NCBI GenBank assembly: GCA_002269645.1
Contig: NIVC01003393.1
Location: forward strand, 1 to 64,000
Reading direction: 5' to 3'
From: Macrostomum lignano
Taxonomy: Eukaryota
DNA: 64,000 nucleotides
The position numbers and the translations under genes were made by a program. The notes under the pieces were generated by a model that made no database searches, was not told where the DNA came from, and worked only from the letters and a program-made list of their open reading frames with translations. Shown here in pieces: positions 49,501 to 61,989 of this stretch. Every line of letters begins with the position of its first letter. The first letter of the stretch is position 1.

Positions 49501-50540
49501 AAGGCTGCTGCAAGCTTGCCTGGGCTGCCTTTTGTTCTGTGAGGGCAGTCCTGCAGTCCGAGGCCCTACCGGACCGCCAGAGGGCGGCGCTGTTCCAGGC
49601 AGTAATCGAGACAGTCCTTCTCCAGAATGCCGAGACCTGGACACTGACGGACTCACTCGAACAGCAAGTCGATGCAGCGCACGTCGCCTTCAACATTGGC
49701 ATTGAGCGAGTCACCAATGCAGCACTCTATCGCCGCACTGGCCTGCCACGTCTAAGTGATCTACTGCGCCATCAGCAACTCCAGCTTGCAGGCCATCTTA
49801 TCCGCGCCAAATTGTACTGCCCAAAGCCAGTGCAGGAGGTGCTGCTGCTCACACTGCAAGCACCCTACTGGCAAGGTCAAGCGCGAACTCGGCATTATGA
49901 CGACTGTCTGCTGGCTGATGCTGACACCCCGGACATTGCTGGTGGCGCGGCCTTTGTTCATGCCCAAGCCATGAAGCACGCCCTGTGATGCTGACTTTTG
50001 CCATCCTGACAGTGTATTTTGTTGTTGTTGTTGTTGTCTGAAATCTGAAGTAATACTTCAACAAAAAATAGCTAATAGTTAAGATAAGCTTAGGAGATAA
50101 TAGATTCATATATTTATTTATAAGGTAATGACACATTAAAGTCTTTAATAACTTTTTGCTCATTAAATTAAAAATAGGCCTATATATTGCTTTAAACAAT
50201 AGGCCTACCATTATATAGGCCTAGTATTAGGCAAGTCTGCCTTGACAAATTAGTCTATAGCATATAATAAGGCCTAGGCCTATTGCAAATTAAATTTTGC
50301 AACTGCAATTAACATCTGGGTCTAGCATAAAACATGCAATTATTAATCTTGGACTTGGTATTTGGTATTTTTAGACTCAGATTAACATTAGTAGCATATT
50401 TAACTCTAATATCAATTATAAAAATGCTAATATAAGCTTAGGTATATATTATAATGCAATAATAGTCATAGAGTAATATATTAATAGGTAACTTACCCTC
50501 CAGCAATAAGATGAGCAGCACTTCCATCCAGAACTACCAT
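44634..50540 (-). CDS. Mitochondrial pyrimidine nucleotide carrier (SLC25A33/SLC25A36, Rim2-type), 358 aa
   Basis: Exons 50540-50497, 47849-47328, 45918-45617, 44842-44634 total 1077 nt in frame. Three carrier repeats: [58 protein letters not shown] and RQIPNT are typical of SLC25A33/36. Confidence 0.92.
45985..46571. repeat. (TATC)n microsatellite, about 590 bp
   Basis: Intron 2 of the SLC25 gene. Confidence 0.97.
48990..49988 (+). mobile_element. Decayed RTE-like LINE fragment in intron 1 of the SLC25 gene
   Basis: [21 protein letters not shown] (YADD motif decayed) and [18 protein letters not shown]. Homologous to the 30-kb LINE, with frameshifts. Confidence 0.88.
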
Positions 50541-52452
50541 GTTTCATAGCTTTGTTCTCAAAATAAAAACTTTTTTTCATAGATTATGTTTACCTAATGT
50601 AAAATTGAAAGCAAAGCAATTTAAAATTCTTATTAATAAACTAGACTGAAGTTTGGGTCTAGCTACAGCTGTGATTGTATTAGTTAAAAAAAAACAAGTT
50701 AAGTAGGCCTACTATGCCTAGGCCTAGATATAGGCCTATAAATAAAATAAAAGTTGTATTTGAACACTATACAAAACTAGGCCCTATAGTGTTTGATATG
50801 AATTCAGATGCAGTAGATGGCTAACAATTTCTAAATGTAGCTATGGGACACCTAAAAACGTTGGCCTATTCTTAGGCTTTTAAAGGTAGAGCCGCGGAAT
50901 CAAAGATCTTTCTTTTCGACTAAATATCTTGGGGTAACGTCACAAACCATAAATCACGCAGTTGGCAGCTGATATCGGTCGCGATTGGACATTGCTCCAG
51001 GCGTGCTGACCTTGAGAAATTTAAATATAGAACTGATGTTGTATCGTGCAAACAAAGTTTGTTTGTAAACAAAAATTATTTTCTTTCTGCTCTACTTATC
51101 AGTTTAGTAATAAATTAACAGAGAGTTTTTCGTTTAACTTTTATGTAAAAAAATTGTTTAGTTTTACACACACCGGCATAAAAAAGCAATAAATTTATTT
51201 TATAGTCACCAGGCTACAGGGGTTGGCGTCCTTGGAAAATTCAAGGGTCAATGGGGCTGGCTTCCCCCTCCCCACCCCCGAGAAAATTACCCCCAGATCA
51301 TTACTTCCCCAGGATTTCAGGAAACAAAAAAATGAGCTATTTAAATTCAGCACATGCAATTCAAATCCATGCAAGTTCTTCAAATCTGTTTGTATCGAAC
51401 TTTTGTAGTCCAGAAAGTTATTTTGTTAAAATCTTTATATTCATGCAAACTTAAAAGCACTTGCATATCCAGGGTCATCGGCCGGTTTGGCTGACCCGGG
51501 AAAAACCGCCCCCTTGTCCCTGATTGTAGCTTTATACATGTATAGCTCTATAGAAGCAACTGTTTAACATAGACGACTCGAGTAGTCGTCTACAAGTCGT
51601 CGTTGCTTTTTCAAATAGCAAAAATACTAAAGCGGATTGACTAGAGGTTGCGTTAGTTTCATATTGTCTCTACAATTAAATCACTGTAATAACACTGCAG
51701 CCTTGTAACAATCGTTTTGCGGCATCGAAAAAACTACATAGACAGTTACCACCCAATATCGATTCATCGATTCATCTGTTCTTTGTAATATTATACGTAT
51801 ACATGTCCACAACGACCACTGTATATATACACTATATACGGTGGTCCTTGCATGTCCATATGGATATACATATATATGACCCCCGCTAGAGCCCAATGTG
51901 AATACATGTAAATGAAAATGGCACTAAATGAGCTGGAAAATTTTTGAAGGTAGTGATTTGCATAAAGTAGTGAATTACTGTTGTACATGCACATTTAAGC
52001 AAATATAATTCTAGTGTAATATCTAAGTAGCACCCAGATTTTCACTATAAATCCGCAGCATTTTATTTAAATTGGCACTTCGAGACTATATTTAGATGTA
52101 CATATGTAGCTGATTTAATCTATCGCACATGTATATAATTTGCATGCTTTGCATGATTTTCATTACAGAAGCTTCCGTTTGTCCAGTGTAGTAGATTTTA
52201 CACACACGATAAGGCTCTAATCACAGTTTAGGATCACTTTATGACGGTAAAATTGTACGTGAGTGTGGATACCAAATAATCGTACATGTAGCTGCGAAAG
52301 CTGCAGTTTTTCTTTGCTCCAGCCTGAAAAAAGTAGATGGCTTTGTAGTAAAGGCAGGCAAGTTTTAGCTTTCACGACTAAAAGCCTTAATTACTAAAAT
52401 AAAATTCACTTATTACATACTTTTACTTGTAAAAGAGAAAGGTACACGCAAT

Positions 52453-55415
52453 ATGACATCCACACGGGATCAGGCTGCTCAGGTGCGACTGGCGAATCAT
52501 CACCTTCAGGACGACAGACACGATGTGCTGTACCACATCGGGCTGGACAGCAGAAAGCACGACTTCAAGGCCATGTTCGGTGATACAAAGGTAGGCAGCA
52601 GTCATCCAGTCATCTTTAAGTTCAGATTCTTCAAAACTCGCACTCATTTCCCATCTACCACTCATTTCCCATCTCCTAACGCAACTCCGCAGCTGGTCTG
52701 CATGGGCGGCAGCTCGAACAGGATGAAGCGGCTGGCCGAGGACCTGGTTGCTGAGCTGGGCATCCGCCTGCCTACAGGCCAGGGCCTGGTGAACGTCATC
52801 CCGAACACTGACCGATACGTGATGTACAAGGCTGGCCCGATCGTCTGCGTGAATGTAAGTCCCTGACGATGCTGAGCTGCTTGAGCTGTTTGAGTTGATC
52901 TGCTTGCCGCAGAGCCTCCCCGCCCGCGCCCGCAGCACGGCATGGGCATCCCGTCCATCTCGATTCTGCTGCACGAGCTGGCGAAGCTCATGAGCCTGGC
53001 CGGCGCAACCGGAGTCACCTTCATCCGCCTGGGCACCTGCGGCGGCCTAGGAATCGAACCTGGTACCATCTGCATCTCTACTCGTGCCTTGAGCTGTCAG
53101 CTACAGCCATACTTTGAGCAGGTAGTGACTTTACTACTTTCAACAAAAAAATTTCTACACTTTTCTTCTTTGCCAGTCTCCTGTAGCATTTCCGGGAAAA
53201 ATGCTTCAATGAAAAAGTACAAAATTGCTTCGCAAGCTCTAAAGATTGCAAGGTGATCAGGCACTGTCAATTTAGTCTCTATACTGTTATTAGCCATGCA
53301 GTAAAGATTTGCTGAAGTTTCGCATAAAATGAGCACATTGGATATTATATTAGAGTATCGTGTCATCATTGAAAAGCAGACGTACCAATCAGTGTTTTTG
53401 CTGTCAAACTTCGATTGCTTTCTTGGAGAAATCTTCCATGGTCCCATAAGTGTCTACCGTGGTTTGCAAGCCGTACACCCTTGGCCTGGATGTTTTTTTA
53501 CCTTATTTTATATACTCGTACCAGCCATGATGTTTATCATACCGCGTCAGCCAGGCGTACTTGTTGCAATTTAAAGCTTAAAAAACCAGGGCTGACTCCG
53601 CCGCTCCCTGTAGTTCATCCTCGGCCAGCCGGTACAGCGGGAGGCCGTGTTCGACCCGGACTTGGCTCGGGAGCTGCTGCAACTAGCCAGCGGCCTCAAC
53701 ATCGAGGCCGTCTCTGCTGTCACTCTGTGCACCAGCGACTTCTACGAAGGTAACGAATGAATGGCTGATTGTTTACCTCAGGGACCATTTGCTCAGATTA
53801 TTTGGTAGTGTGCTCACTCAGTGGCCATTTAGAGTAAGATATCAAAGTAGCGGGTGGTAAACTATTGACTGCGTCATGGAGAGGGGAGCGGCTAAGGGGA
53901 ATCTAAGCCAGGTGTCGGCAGAAATGCCGCTCGCGAGGCCTCTCTCTCCGGCCCTCGGGTCCTTTGAATCTATAAAATAGCAATCTGGCCTGCTCAAGGT
54001 TTATTTCTTTTCTCAGCTCTCTTCTCTCCCCCTCTTCCCTCCCGTCTCTTCTCTCTCCCCTTCTCTCCTTCTTCTCTCTCCTCTCTTCCCTCTTCCTCTC
54101 CCCTATTCTCTCCTATTTTCTTGTCCCGAGTCTCGCCTGTCTCTTCTCTCATCTCTCATCTTCTATTCTCTCTCCTTTCCACTCTCATCTGGCCTGCAGT
54201 CATTAGCTGGATTCTTTATCTGGCTTTGATGTAAAAGAGTTGCCGACTCCAGAGCTAAGTGCGGGGAAGACTACAGCCCACTTAGCCCCCACCCCTACAT
54301 CTGTCATGTGCCCGCCAGACCCAAGGCCTCAATGTGAGCCTCGTTGCCGCTCCCGCACCTGCAGAGCAGGGTCGCACAGACGGCGCCATCTGCGAGTTCA
54401 GCATGGAGCAGCGGAACGAATTTCTGCAGCGAGCATTCGAAGCCGGGGTTCGCAACATCGAGATGGAGTCGCTGGCGCTGGCGGCCATCACGCACCGGCT
54501 GGGCATCCGTGGTGAGAGGGCAGATTGTCACGGACTACTAAATTAATGGTCTATGTAGGCGAATTTTATTAATGTAGGCGAAATCCATCAGTGACAAGTC
54601 CGACTTCAATTAAATCTATAGCAACTAGCTATTAATATTAATGCACTCATATTTGAGCATATGGCATTTCTTAAGAGGTCGGAAAGTTTTGATAGTTGAA
54701 TTTTTTTAACTTTCTCATCTGAAATTCAAATGAATTTTCAGAAATTTTAATTGCAGTTATCTTACAGGGTTTCGAAATTAGCAAAATATTCTCGATTTTT
54801 CGACAATGGGAACTGTCGTACAGATCGAATGCAGTCTACAAAGAGCATTCATGGAACCCATGGTAGGAGTTGCATCACAAGCTCGAAAAAATCACATCGT
54901 CGAAAACTTTTTTTCCAGGCATTTTTATAATGATATAAAAAAGTAAACTTCCACTACTATGGTTTGTTAGGGTTAGGGTTAGGGTTAGGGTTAGGGTTAG
55001 GGTTAGGGTTCGGCTGCTAAATGAGTTTTCGGCGATGTGACTTTTCGAGTTTGTGAATTTTCGAGCATGTGATGGCGACCCTCAAGGAATACACAAGGAG
55101 ACAGAGTATACATGGAGATGGTAATGGAATATATATAGAGAATATTACATAAAATATACATACGAGCTAGAATATACAGAGAATACACAGGAAGTTTGTA
55201 GGGAGTTTCACGGGTCGCCAATAGTATCATATTTTTTTAAATTAACCTTAAAATCCCTACAAAAAACGCCCGCAGCCGCCTGCATGGCAGTCACCCTGCT
55301 GGACAGGTTCAAGCAGGACCAGGTGCAGCTGGATCACAGCCTGATTGCTCAGTTCGAAGGGCGAATGCTGCGGATTCTGGCCGCCTTCATCAGGAGTAGA
55401 AACATTTGTGGCTGA
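52453..55415 (+). CDS. UPP: Uridine phosphorylase (animal UPP1/UPP2 type), 302 aa
   Basis: Exons 52453-52590, 52693-52854, 52936-53121, 53614-53749, 54365-54511, 55276-55415 total 909 nt in frame. Motifs DVLYHIGL, VCMGGS, RYVMYKAGP, HGMGIPSISILLHE, IRLGTCGG, DFYEEQGRTDGA and RNIEMES. Confidence 0.95.
53940..54236 (+). mobile_element. Second copy of the CT-microsatellite-carrying element, in a UPP intron
   Basis: Same two flanks as 5022-5860, enclosing only about 170 bp of degenerate CT-rich sequence. Confidence 0.7.
54875..55056. mobile_element. MITE-like element with a (TTAGGG)7 core, in a UPP intron
   Basis: tcacaagctcgaaaaaatcacatcgtcgaaaact (54875-54908) is inverted at 55024-55056; (TTAGGG)7 lies at 54967-55008. 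Confidence 0.65.
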
Positions 55416-55976
55416 GCTAATCTGCTAATTGCTTTTAACTGGGTTTGTTACACCCGAACATTGTCGTTTGCCGCTTTCAACTAATGTCCATCAGGGCTAT
55501 GCAGACAGCTCTAATTATTCTAGTGACAATCTTCTATTGACTACTTTTTGCAAATTATTAACTGACTACTTAGTAGTTTTTTAGTAGTGTAGGTAGCATG
55601 TGATCAAAAGAATTAGGACTAGCTAACTCAAATTGTATAGTAGTACTACTGCGATACAATTTCTAAGTTAAAATTATATTCTTGCTTTTCGTGTATTTTA
55701 AAGCAGCTCTGGTGTCACGTGACTATCCCGTGACTTACAATTATAAACTCGATTAAATATACCTGGAGGAGCCATCATCAATCGCTTCATTCTGAGAATT
55801 GCTTTAACCAGTTCCTAAGCGATAGCGGCGAATGCCAATCAAAAATAACAGGAAATGTGCCATTCTACAAAAATAGTTGTTAGCAAAGTTCGGGATTTCT
55901 GTAAAACAGGAAAAAATCAGATAGCAGTAATCTATGAACTGAAATTTTAGCAGATATGTGAGCGAATATTTGTATG

Positions 55977-56300
55977 GTGGCGGGCTGGGAGATGGGGTGG
56001 CGGTCTGGGAGATGGGGTGGTGGTCTGGGAGATGGGGTGGCGGTCTGGGAGATGGGGTGGCGGGCTGGGAGATGGGGTGGCGGGCTGGGAGATGGGGTGG
56101 CTGGCGGGCTGGGAGATGGGGTGGCGGTCTGGGAGATAGGGTGGCTGGCGGGCTGGGAGATGGGGTGGCGGTCTTGGAGATGGGGTGGCGGGCTGGGAGA
56201 TGGGGTGGCGGGCTGGGAGATGGGGTGGCGGGCTGGGAGATGGGGTGGCGGTCTGGGAGATGGGATGGCGGTCTGGGAGATGGGGTGGCGGGCTGGGAGA
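55977..56300. repeat. 20-bp G-rich minisatellite (GGGCTGGGAGATGGGGTGGC)n
   Basis: Between the convergent UPP and synaptotagmin 3' ends. Confidence 0.92.
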
Positions 56301-56545
56301 GTCGGCGTGTACCCAGCCAGACACAAAGTATAAAGCTGCACTAAAAAAATTTGGAATTCAAATGTACTCATTAGCTACCAAACAATCAGAAAGATTAGAA
56401 TTAATTTGGCCACATGTATGGGCCGACAATAAGCGAGAAAATGCTTCGAAATATTATACACTGAGAATTAAAAAAGCATTCTATAGCATTGACTATTCAT
56501 ACATCGTTTCTCTCAGAGCCTGTAAGAAACTACGAGTAAACAATG

Positions 56546-59500
56546 TCAGCTCAACCGGTGCCAGTAAGCCAGCGCCGCTCTCGGCCGGTGCACCATCTGG
56601 TCCCAGTGGGCCCGGCCGCTGCCATAGCAGTTAGAGGAGAAGACCACATAGCCCAGGCAGGCGTCCAAATCCGGCTGAACTCGGCGCTGATTGAGCCGGC
56701 AGCTCATGACGGACACGATGAGGCTGACTCGGTCCAGCCGGCGTTCGGGCAGATCAATGCCGACCGACTCGTTGTACACCGGGCGCTGCGACGGCTCGAA
56801 GATGCGGCTGCGCTTTTTAAATGCGGCCGAGCCGCCTGCTAGCAGCGCAAGGCGAAGGTAGGTGGCTGCGGGTGGTGCAGGGAGTGATGTAGGGAGTGAT
56901 GCATAGAGTGATGCAGGGAGTGATGTAGGGAGTGATGCAAGGAGTCATGTAGAGAGTGATGCAGGGAATGGTGTAGGGAGTGATGTAGAGAATGATGCAG
57001 GGAGTGATGTAGAGAATGATGCAGGGAGTGATGTAGAGAATGATGCAGGGAGTGATGTAGAGAATGATGCAGGGAGTGATGCAGGGAGTGATGTAGGGAG
57101 TGATGCAAGGAGTCATGTAGAGAGTGATGCAGGGAATGGTGTAGGGAGTGATGTAGAGAATGATGCAGGGAGTGATGTAGAGAATGATGCAGGGAGTGAT
57201 GCAGGGAGTGATGTAGAGAATGATGCAGGGAGTGATGCAGGAAGTGATGCAGGGAGTGATGCAAGGAGTCATGTAGAGAGTGATGCAGGGAATGGTGTAG
57301 GGAGTGATGTAGAGAATGATGCAGGGAGTGATGTAGAGAATGATGCAGGGAGTGATGTAGAGAATGATGCAGGGAGTGATGCAGGGAGTGATGTAGGGAG
57401 TGATGCAAGGAGTCATGTAGAGAGTGATGCAGGGAATGGTGTAGGGAGTGATGTAGAGAATGATGCAGGGAGTGATGTAGAGAATGATGCAGGGAGTGAT
57501 GCAGGGAGTGATGTAGAGAATGATGCAGGGAGTGATGCAGGAAGTGATGCAGGGAGTGATGCAAGGAGTCATGTAGAGAGTGATGCAGGGAATGGTGTAG
57601 GGAGTGATGTAGAGAATGATGCAGGGAGTGATGTAGAGAATGATGCAGGGAGTGATGCAGGGAGTGATGTAGAGAATGATGCAGGGAGTGATGCAGGAAG
57701 TGATGCAGGGAGTGATGCAAGGAGTCATGTAGAGAGTGATGCAGGGAATGGTGTAGGGAGTGATGTAGAGAATGATGCAGGGAGTGATGTAGAGAATGAT
57801 GCAGGGAGTGATGCAGGAAGTGATGCAGGGAGTGATGCAAGGAGTCATGTAGAGAGTGATGCAGGGAATGGTGTAGGGAGTGATGTAGAGAATGATGCAG
57901 GGAGTGATGTAGAGAATGATGCAGGGAGTGATGTAGAGAATGATGCAGGGAGTGATGCAGGGAGTGATGTAGAGAATGATGCAGGGAGTGATGCAGGAAG
58001 TGATGCAGGGAGTGATGCAAGGAGTCATGTAGAGAGTGATGCAGGGAATGGTGTAGGGAGTGATGTAGAGAATGATGCAGGGAGTGATGCATAGAGTGAT
58101 GCAGGGAGTGATGCATAGAGTGATGCAGGGAGTGATGCATAGAGTGATGCAGGGAGTGATGCAGGGGGTGATGCAGGGAGTGATGTAGGGATTGATACAG
58201 GGAGTGATGCAGGGATTGATGCAGGGAGTGATGCAGGGAGTGGTGTAGGGAGTGATGTAGAGAGTACTGCAGGGAGTGATGCATAGAGTGATGCAGGGAG
58301 TGATGTAGGGAGTGATGCAAGGAGACATGTAGAGAGTGATGCAGGGAATGGTGTAGGGAGTGATGTAGAGAATGATGCAGGGAGTGATGTAGAGAATGAT
58401 GCAGGGAGTGATGCAGGGAGTGATGTAGAGAATGATGCAGGGAGTGATGCAGGGAGTGATGTAGAGAATGATGCAGGGAGTGATGCAGGGAGTGATGTAG
58501 AGAATGATGCAGGGAGTGATGCAGGGAGTGATGTAGAGAATGATGCAGGGAGTGATGCAGGAAGTGATGCAGGGAGTGATGCAGGGAGTGATGTAGAGAA
58601 TGATGTAGGGAGTGATGCAGGAAGTGATGCAGGGAGTGATGCAAGGAGTCATGTAGAGAGTGATGCAGGGAATGGTGTAGGGAGTGATGTAGAGAATGAT
58701 GCAGGGAGTGATGCATAGAGTGATGCAGGGAGTGATGCATAGAGTGATGCATAGAGTGATGCAGGGAGTGATGCAGGGGGTGATGCAGGGAGTGATGTAG
58801 GGATTGATACAGGGAGTGATGCAGGGATTGATGCAGGGAGTGATGCAGGGAGTGGTGTAGGGAGTGATGTAGAGAGTACTGCAGGGAGTGATGCATAGAG
58901 TGATGTAGGGAGTGATACAGGGAGTGATGTAGGGAGTGATGCAGGGAGTGATGCAAGGAGTCATGTAGAGAGTGCTGCAGGGGGTGATGTAGGGATTGAT
59001 GCAGGGATTGATGCAGGGAGTGATGCAGGGAGTGATGCAGGGAGTGATGCAGGGAGTGATGCAGGGAGTGGTGTAGGGAGTGATGTAGAGAGTGATGTAG
59101 AGAGTGATGCAGGGAGTGATGCAGGGATTGATGTGAAGAGAAAGTGGAGGTTAACTCACCGGGCACACTCCCGTCATCTGTTCGAATGTCGTTGGCTTTG
59201 AGCACCATGACGCTCAGTCTCTCCGCCGATGGCACATAGTGCAGGGCCACGAGGAGCTCGCAAGATCCCGTCTGAAATTTTTTCGCGTGCTCAGTTTACG
59301 CCAGAGTCTGCTCATTTCTTTCTCGAATTCGATTACCAAAATTTTTAGCTATTCCATCCCTACAACCTAAATCCTCGGCCTCGTTCCCCTCTCTCTTTTC
59401 CTCAATATTTACCTTACTCCCTTCCCCATTCCCCTCTCTATCATCGCAGGCCCACCTGCGGCAGCCGCAGTGGTAGCCTGTCGTACTGCACGGGCCGGCC

Positions 59501-61253
59501 AATGTCTGCCGGGAGCTGCAGCAGCGCCTCGCCGACGATTCTCTCCCTACTGAAACGGTCGAAGTCGAGGCAGCGCAGCAGCAGCATCAGCCGCTCGGGC
59601 TCCGCCAGCGGCAGCACCAGAGTTTCGTTGAACACTGGGCACGCGGTCTGGCCGACCACACCAGTGCGCACTGTCTCTAAGATGACGTAATCAGATGCTG
59701 ATGACGTCACCAGCTGGGCCTGGGCGAAGTTGCAGTGGCACAGGCCCAGCCTGGGCCCCGGCGTGCTCTCGGCGCTGTGCAGGTGCACGGCAAGACAGTC
59801 GGACAGGCGGGTTAGAGAGAAAGTCAGCGTCACCTCGGGTGCCGGAGCGGCCAGAAGCAGGCGCCGCTGCTCCTGCGGCTCCGGCGGCGCCGGTGCCAGC
59901 TGCGACTTCGCCTGCTGCTGATGCCGATAGGCCAAGCCTGCGGGCTCGGCTGCGCGCTGCGAAATCTGCTTCAATGGCCGCGAGGTTTTTATGTGCCTTT
60001 TTTCACGGGTAACTACTGACTAGTAAATAGTAGAGTGCTACGAATGCAACCCGAATTTTTACTTCAGTTTCCACAGCAGCAAACTTTGACGCACCAAATC
60101 GAGCCGCCTGTCTAAGCCAGTCGATGGGTACACTTTTTCATCTTCTTTGGTGAAGCAGAAATAGCAGCAGCAACTGCAGCAACGAGGGCAGCCAGATGAG
60201 GCTGGGTGGCCTTCGTGAATCTGGGACTTCTCTGAAGTGCAGGAAATTTATCAACGTGTAGAGCTGTCAATTTACATCTACTCGCTTGACTGACATTATA
60301 CACTTGTAAATCACTCCCCTTATTGCCCAACTGTTCTCTTACTCTTCTTCCCGTTCAAAGTATACGCTTTAATCCCCAGTCCCATATTAGTCCCATACCC
60401 CAGTATCGTACCCAGTTCCCACACCCAGTCCCACGTCTAGTCCCACACCTAGTCCCATATCTAGCCCCACACTTAGTCTCAAACCCAGTCTTACATCCAG
60501 TCCCACACCCAGTCTCACACCCATGCAGTCCCACACCTAGTCACATACCCAGTCCCACACCTAGTCACATACCCAGTCCCACACCCAGTCTCACACCCAT
60601 GCAGTCCCACACCTAGTCACATACCCAGTCCCACACCTAGTCACATACCCAGTCCCACACCTAGTCACATATCCAGTCCCACACCTAGTCACATACCCAG
60701 TCCCACACCTAGTCACATACCCAGTCCCACACCTAGTCACATACCCAGTCCCACACCTAGTCACATACCCAGTCCCACACCTAGTCACATATCCAGTCCC
60801 ACACCTAGTCACATATCCAGTCCCACACCTAGTCCGACACCTAGTCCCCACACCTAGTCTCAAAACTAATCTCAAATCTAGTCCCACACCCAGTCCGACA
60901 CATTCCTACACCCAGCCCCACACCCATTCCTACACCCAGCCCCACACTCAGCCCCACACCCAGCCCCACACCCAGCCCACACCCAGTCCCACACCCAGCC
61001 CCACACCCAGCCCCACACCCAGTCCCACACCCAGCCCCACAGCCAGCCCCACAGCCAGCCCCACAGCCAGCCCCACACCCAAATGCCACTCACGAGAGCC
61101 GCTCCCCTGCCGCCGCCGTCTCACAGCGGTCCGCAGCGGGCAGCGCGGGCACAGCAGGCACAGCAGCAGCAGCAGGCCGATGCCAAACAGCAGGCAGGCG
61201 CCGGCCGCGGCAGCAACGACGATAGCAGTCTGAGCAGTGGTGCCCGTCACCAT
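56546..61253 (-). CDS. Synaptotagmin-like protein (N-terminal TM, Cys clusters, tandem C2A/C2B), about 400 aa
   Basis: Exons 61253-61094, 60231-60134, 59968-59456, 59271-59160, 56865-56546 total 1203 nt in frame. TM segment followed by CLLCPRCP and a basic stretch. C2A: [22 protein letters not shown]2B: [47 protein letters not shown]. Confidence 0.88.
56873..59130. repeat. 12-bp satellite (GCAGGGAGTGAT)n with higher-order structure
   Basis: About 188 units filling the last synaptotagmin intron. Confidence 0.97.
60400..61080. repeat. 24-bp and 12-bp C-rich minisatellites (CCCAGTCCCACACCTAGTCACATA; CCCAGCCCCACA)
   Basis: Fill synaptotagmin intron 1. Confidence 0.9.
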
Positions 61254-61989
61254 TTTCCATCGATCATGGCCGATAGGTCAGGGCACGAGGAGAGACCGCC
61301 TCGTGTCTTGCGGACAGTCTATAGTGAGATGAGCAAACGAGTGGAGCGCTTAGGAATGAAACTGAGCAGTCAGCGGTCCCCCGCCTAAACCAACAATAAT
61401 AACCTCAGCTAAAGCCAATGAAGAAGTCAGGCTTTGTGTGTGCTTCACCCCACCGAACCCCAGAAATGCCAGAGAGATGACAATTGACAAGGGAGAGACA
61501 GGCAGATAGAGGGTGGCACGTGCGGCCTGGGGGAGTCTCATTATGCTGCAGACTAGCCAAGGGTGAATCTGGAACACGTGCGTGCGCACTAAGTCGAGTG
61601 AATGCATGCATGCCCATATAGCTGGGGGGCGGGCATGGCCACATTGTGAAGGAAGCGCTGGGGGGGGGGGGGTACGTGCTCGAGTGGTGGGGCTCAGTTA
61701 CACTGCCTGTCTGCATTCTGGTTAATAAATCGCATATTTCACCTTATTCGCCGTGATGCAACCAAGTACAGTACCTGGATTGAGAGCATCAGCTTTCTAA
61801 AGGCTGATCCTGACTCGGGTTCCTAAGACTAAGGCTAATTATAGACTATTAATTTACTCGGTAAATGCGATTCGTTAAAACTGAATTTCTTTGATATCGG
61901 ATTTCACCTAGCAAGTATTCTCTATGGCTACCATGCTGGCTTTGACGGGTGACAACAAATCTTTGGTGAGATTTATGCCTGCCAAACAC

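Noticed and set aside
56817-59250. 715-aa and 803-aa ORFs (TPCI / HHSL repeats)
   Set aside because: They are translations of a stop-free 12-bp intronic satellite. Only the first 37 codons of the 803-aa ORF belong to a real synaptotagmin exon.
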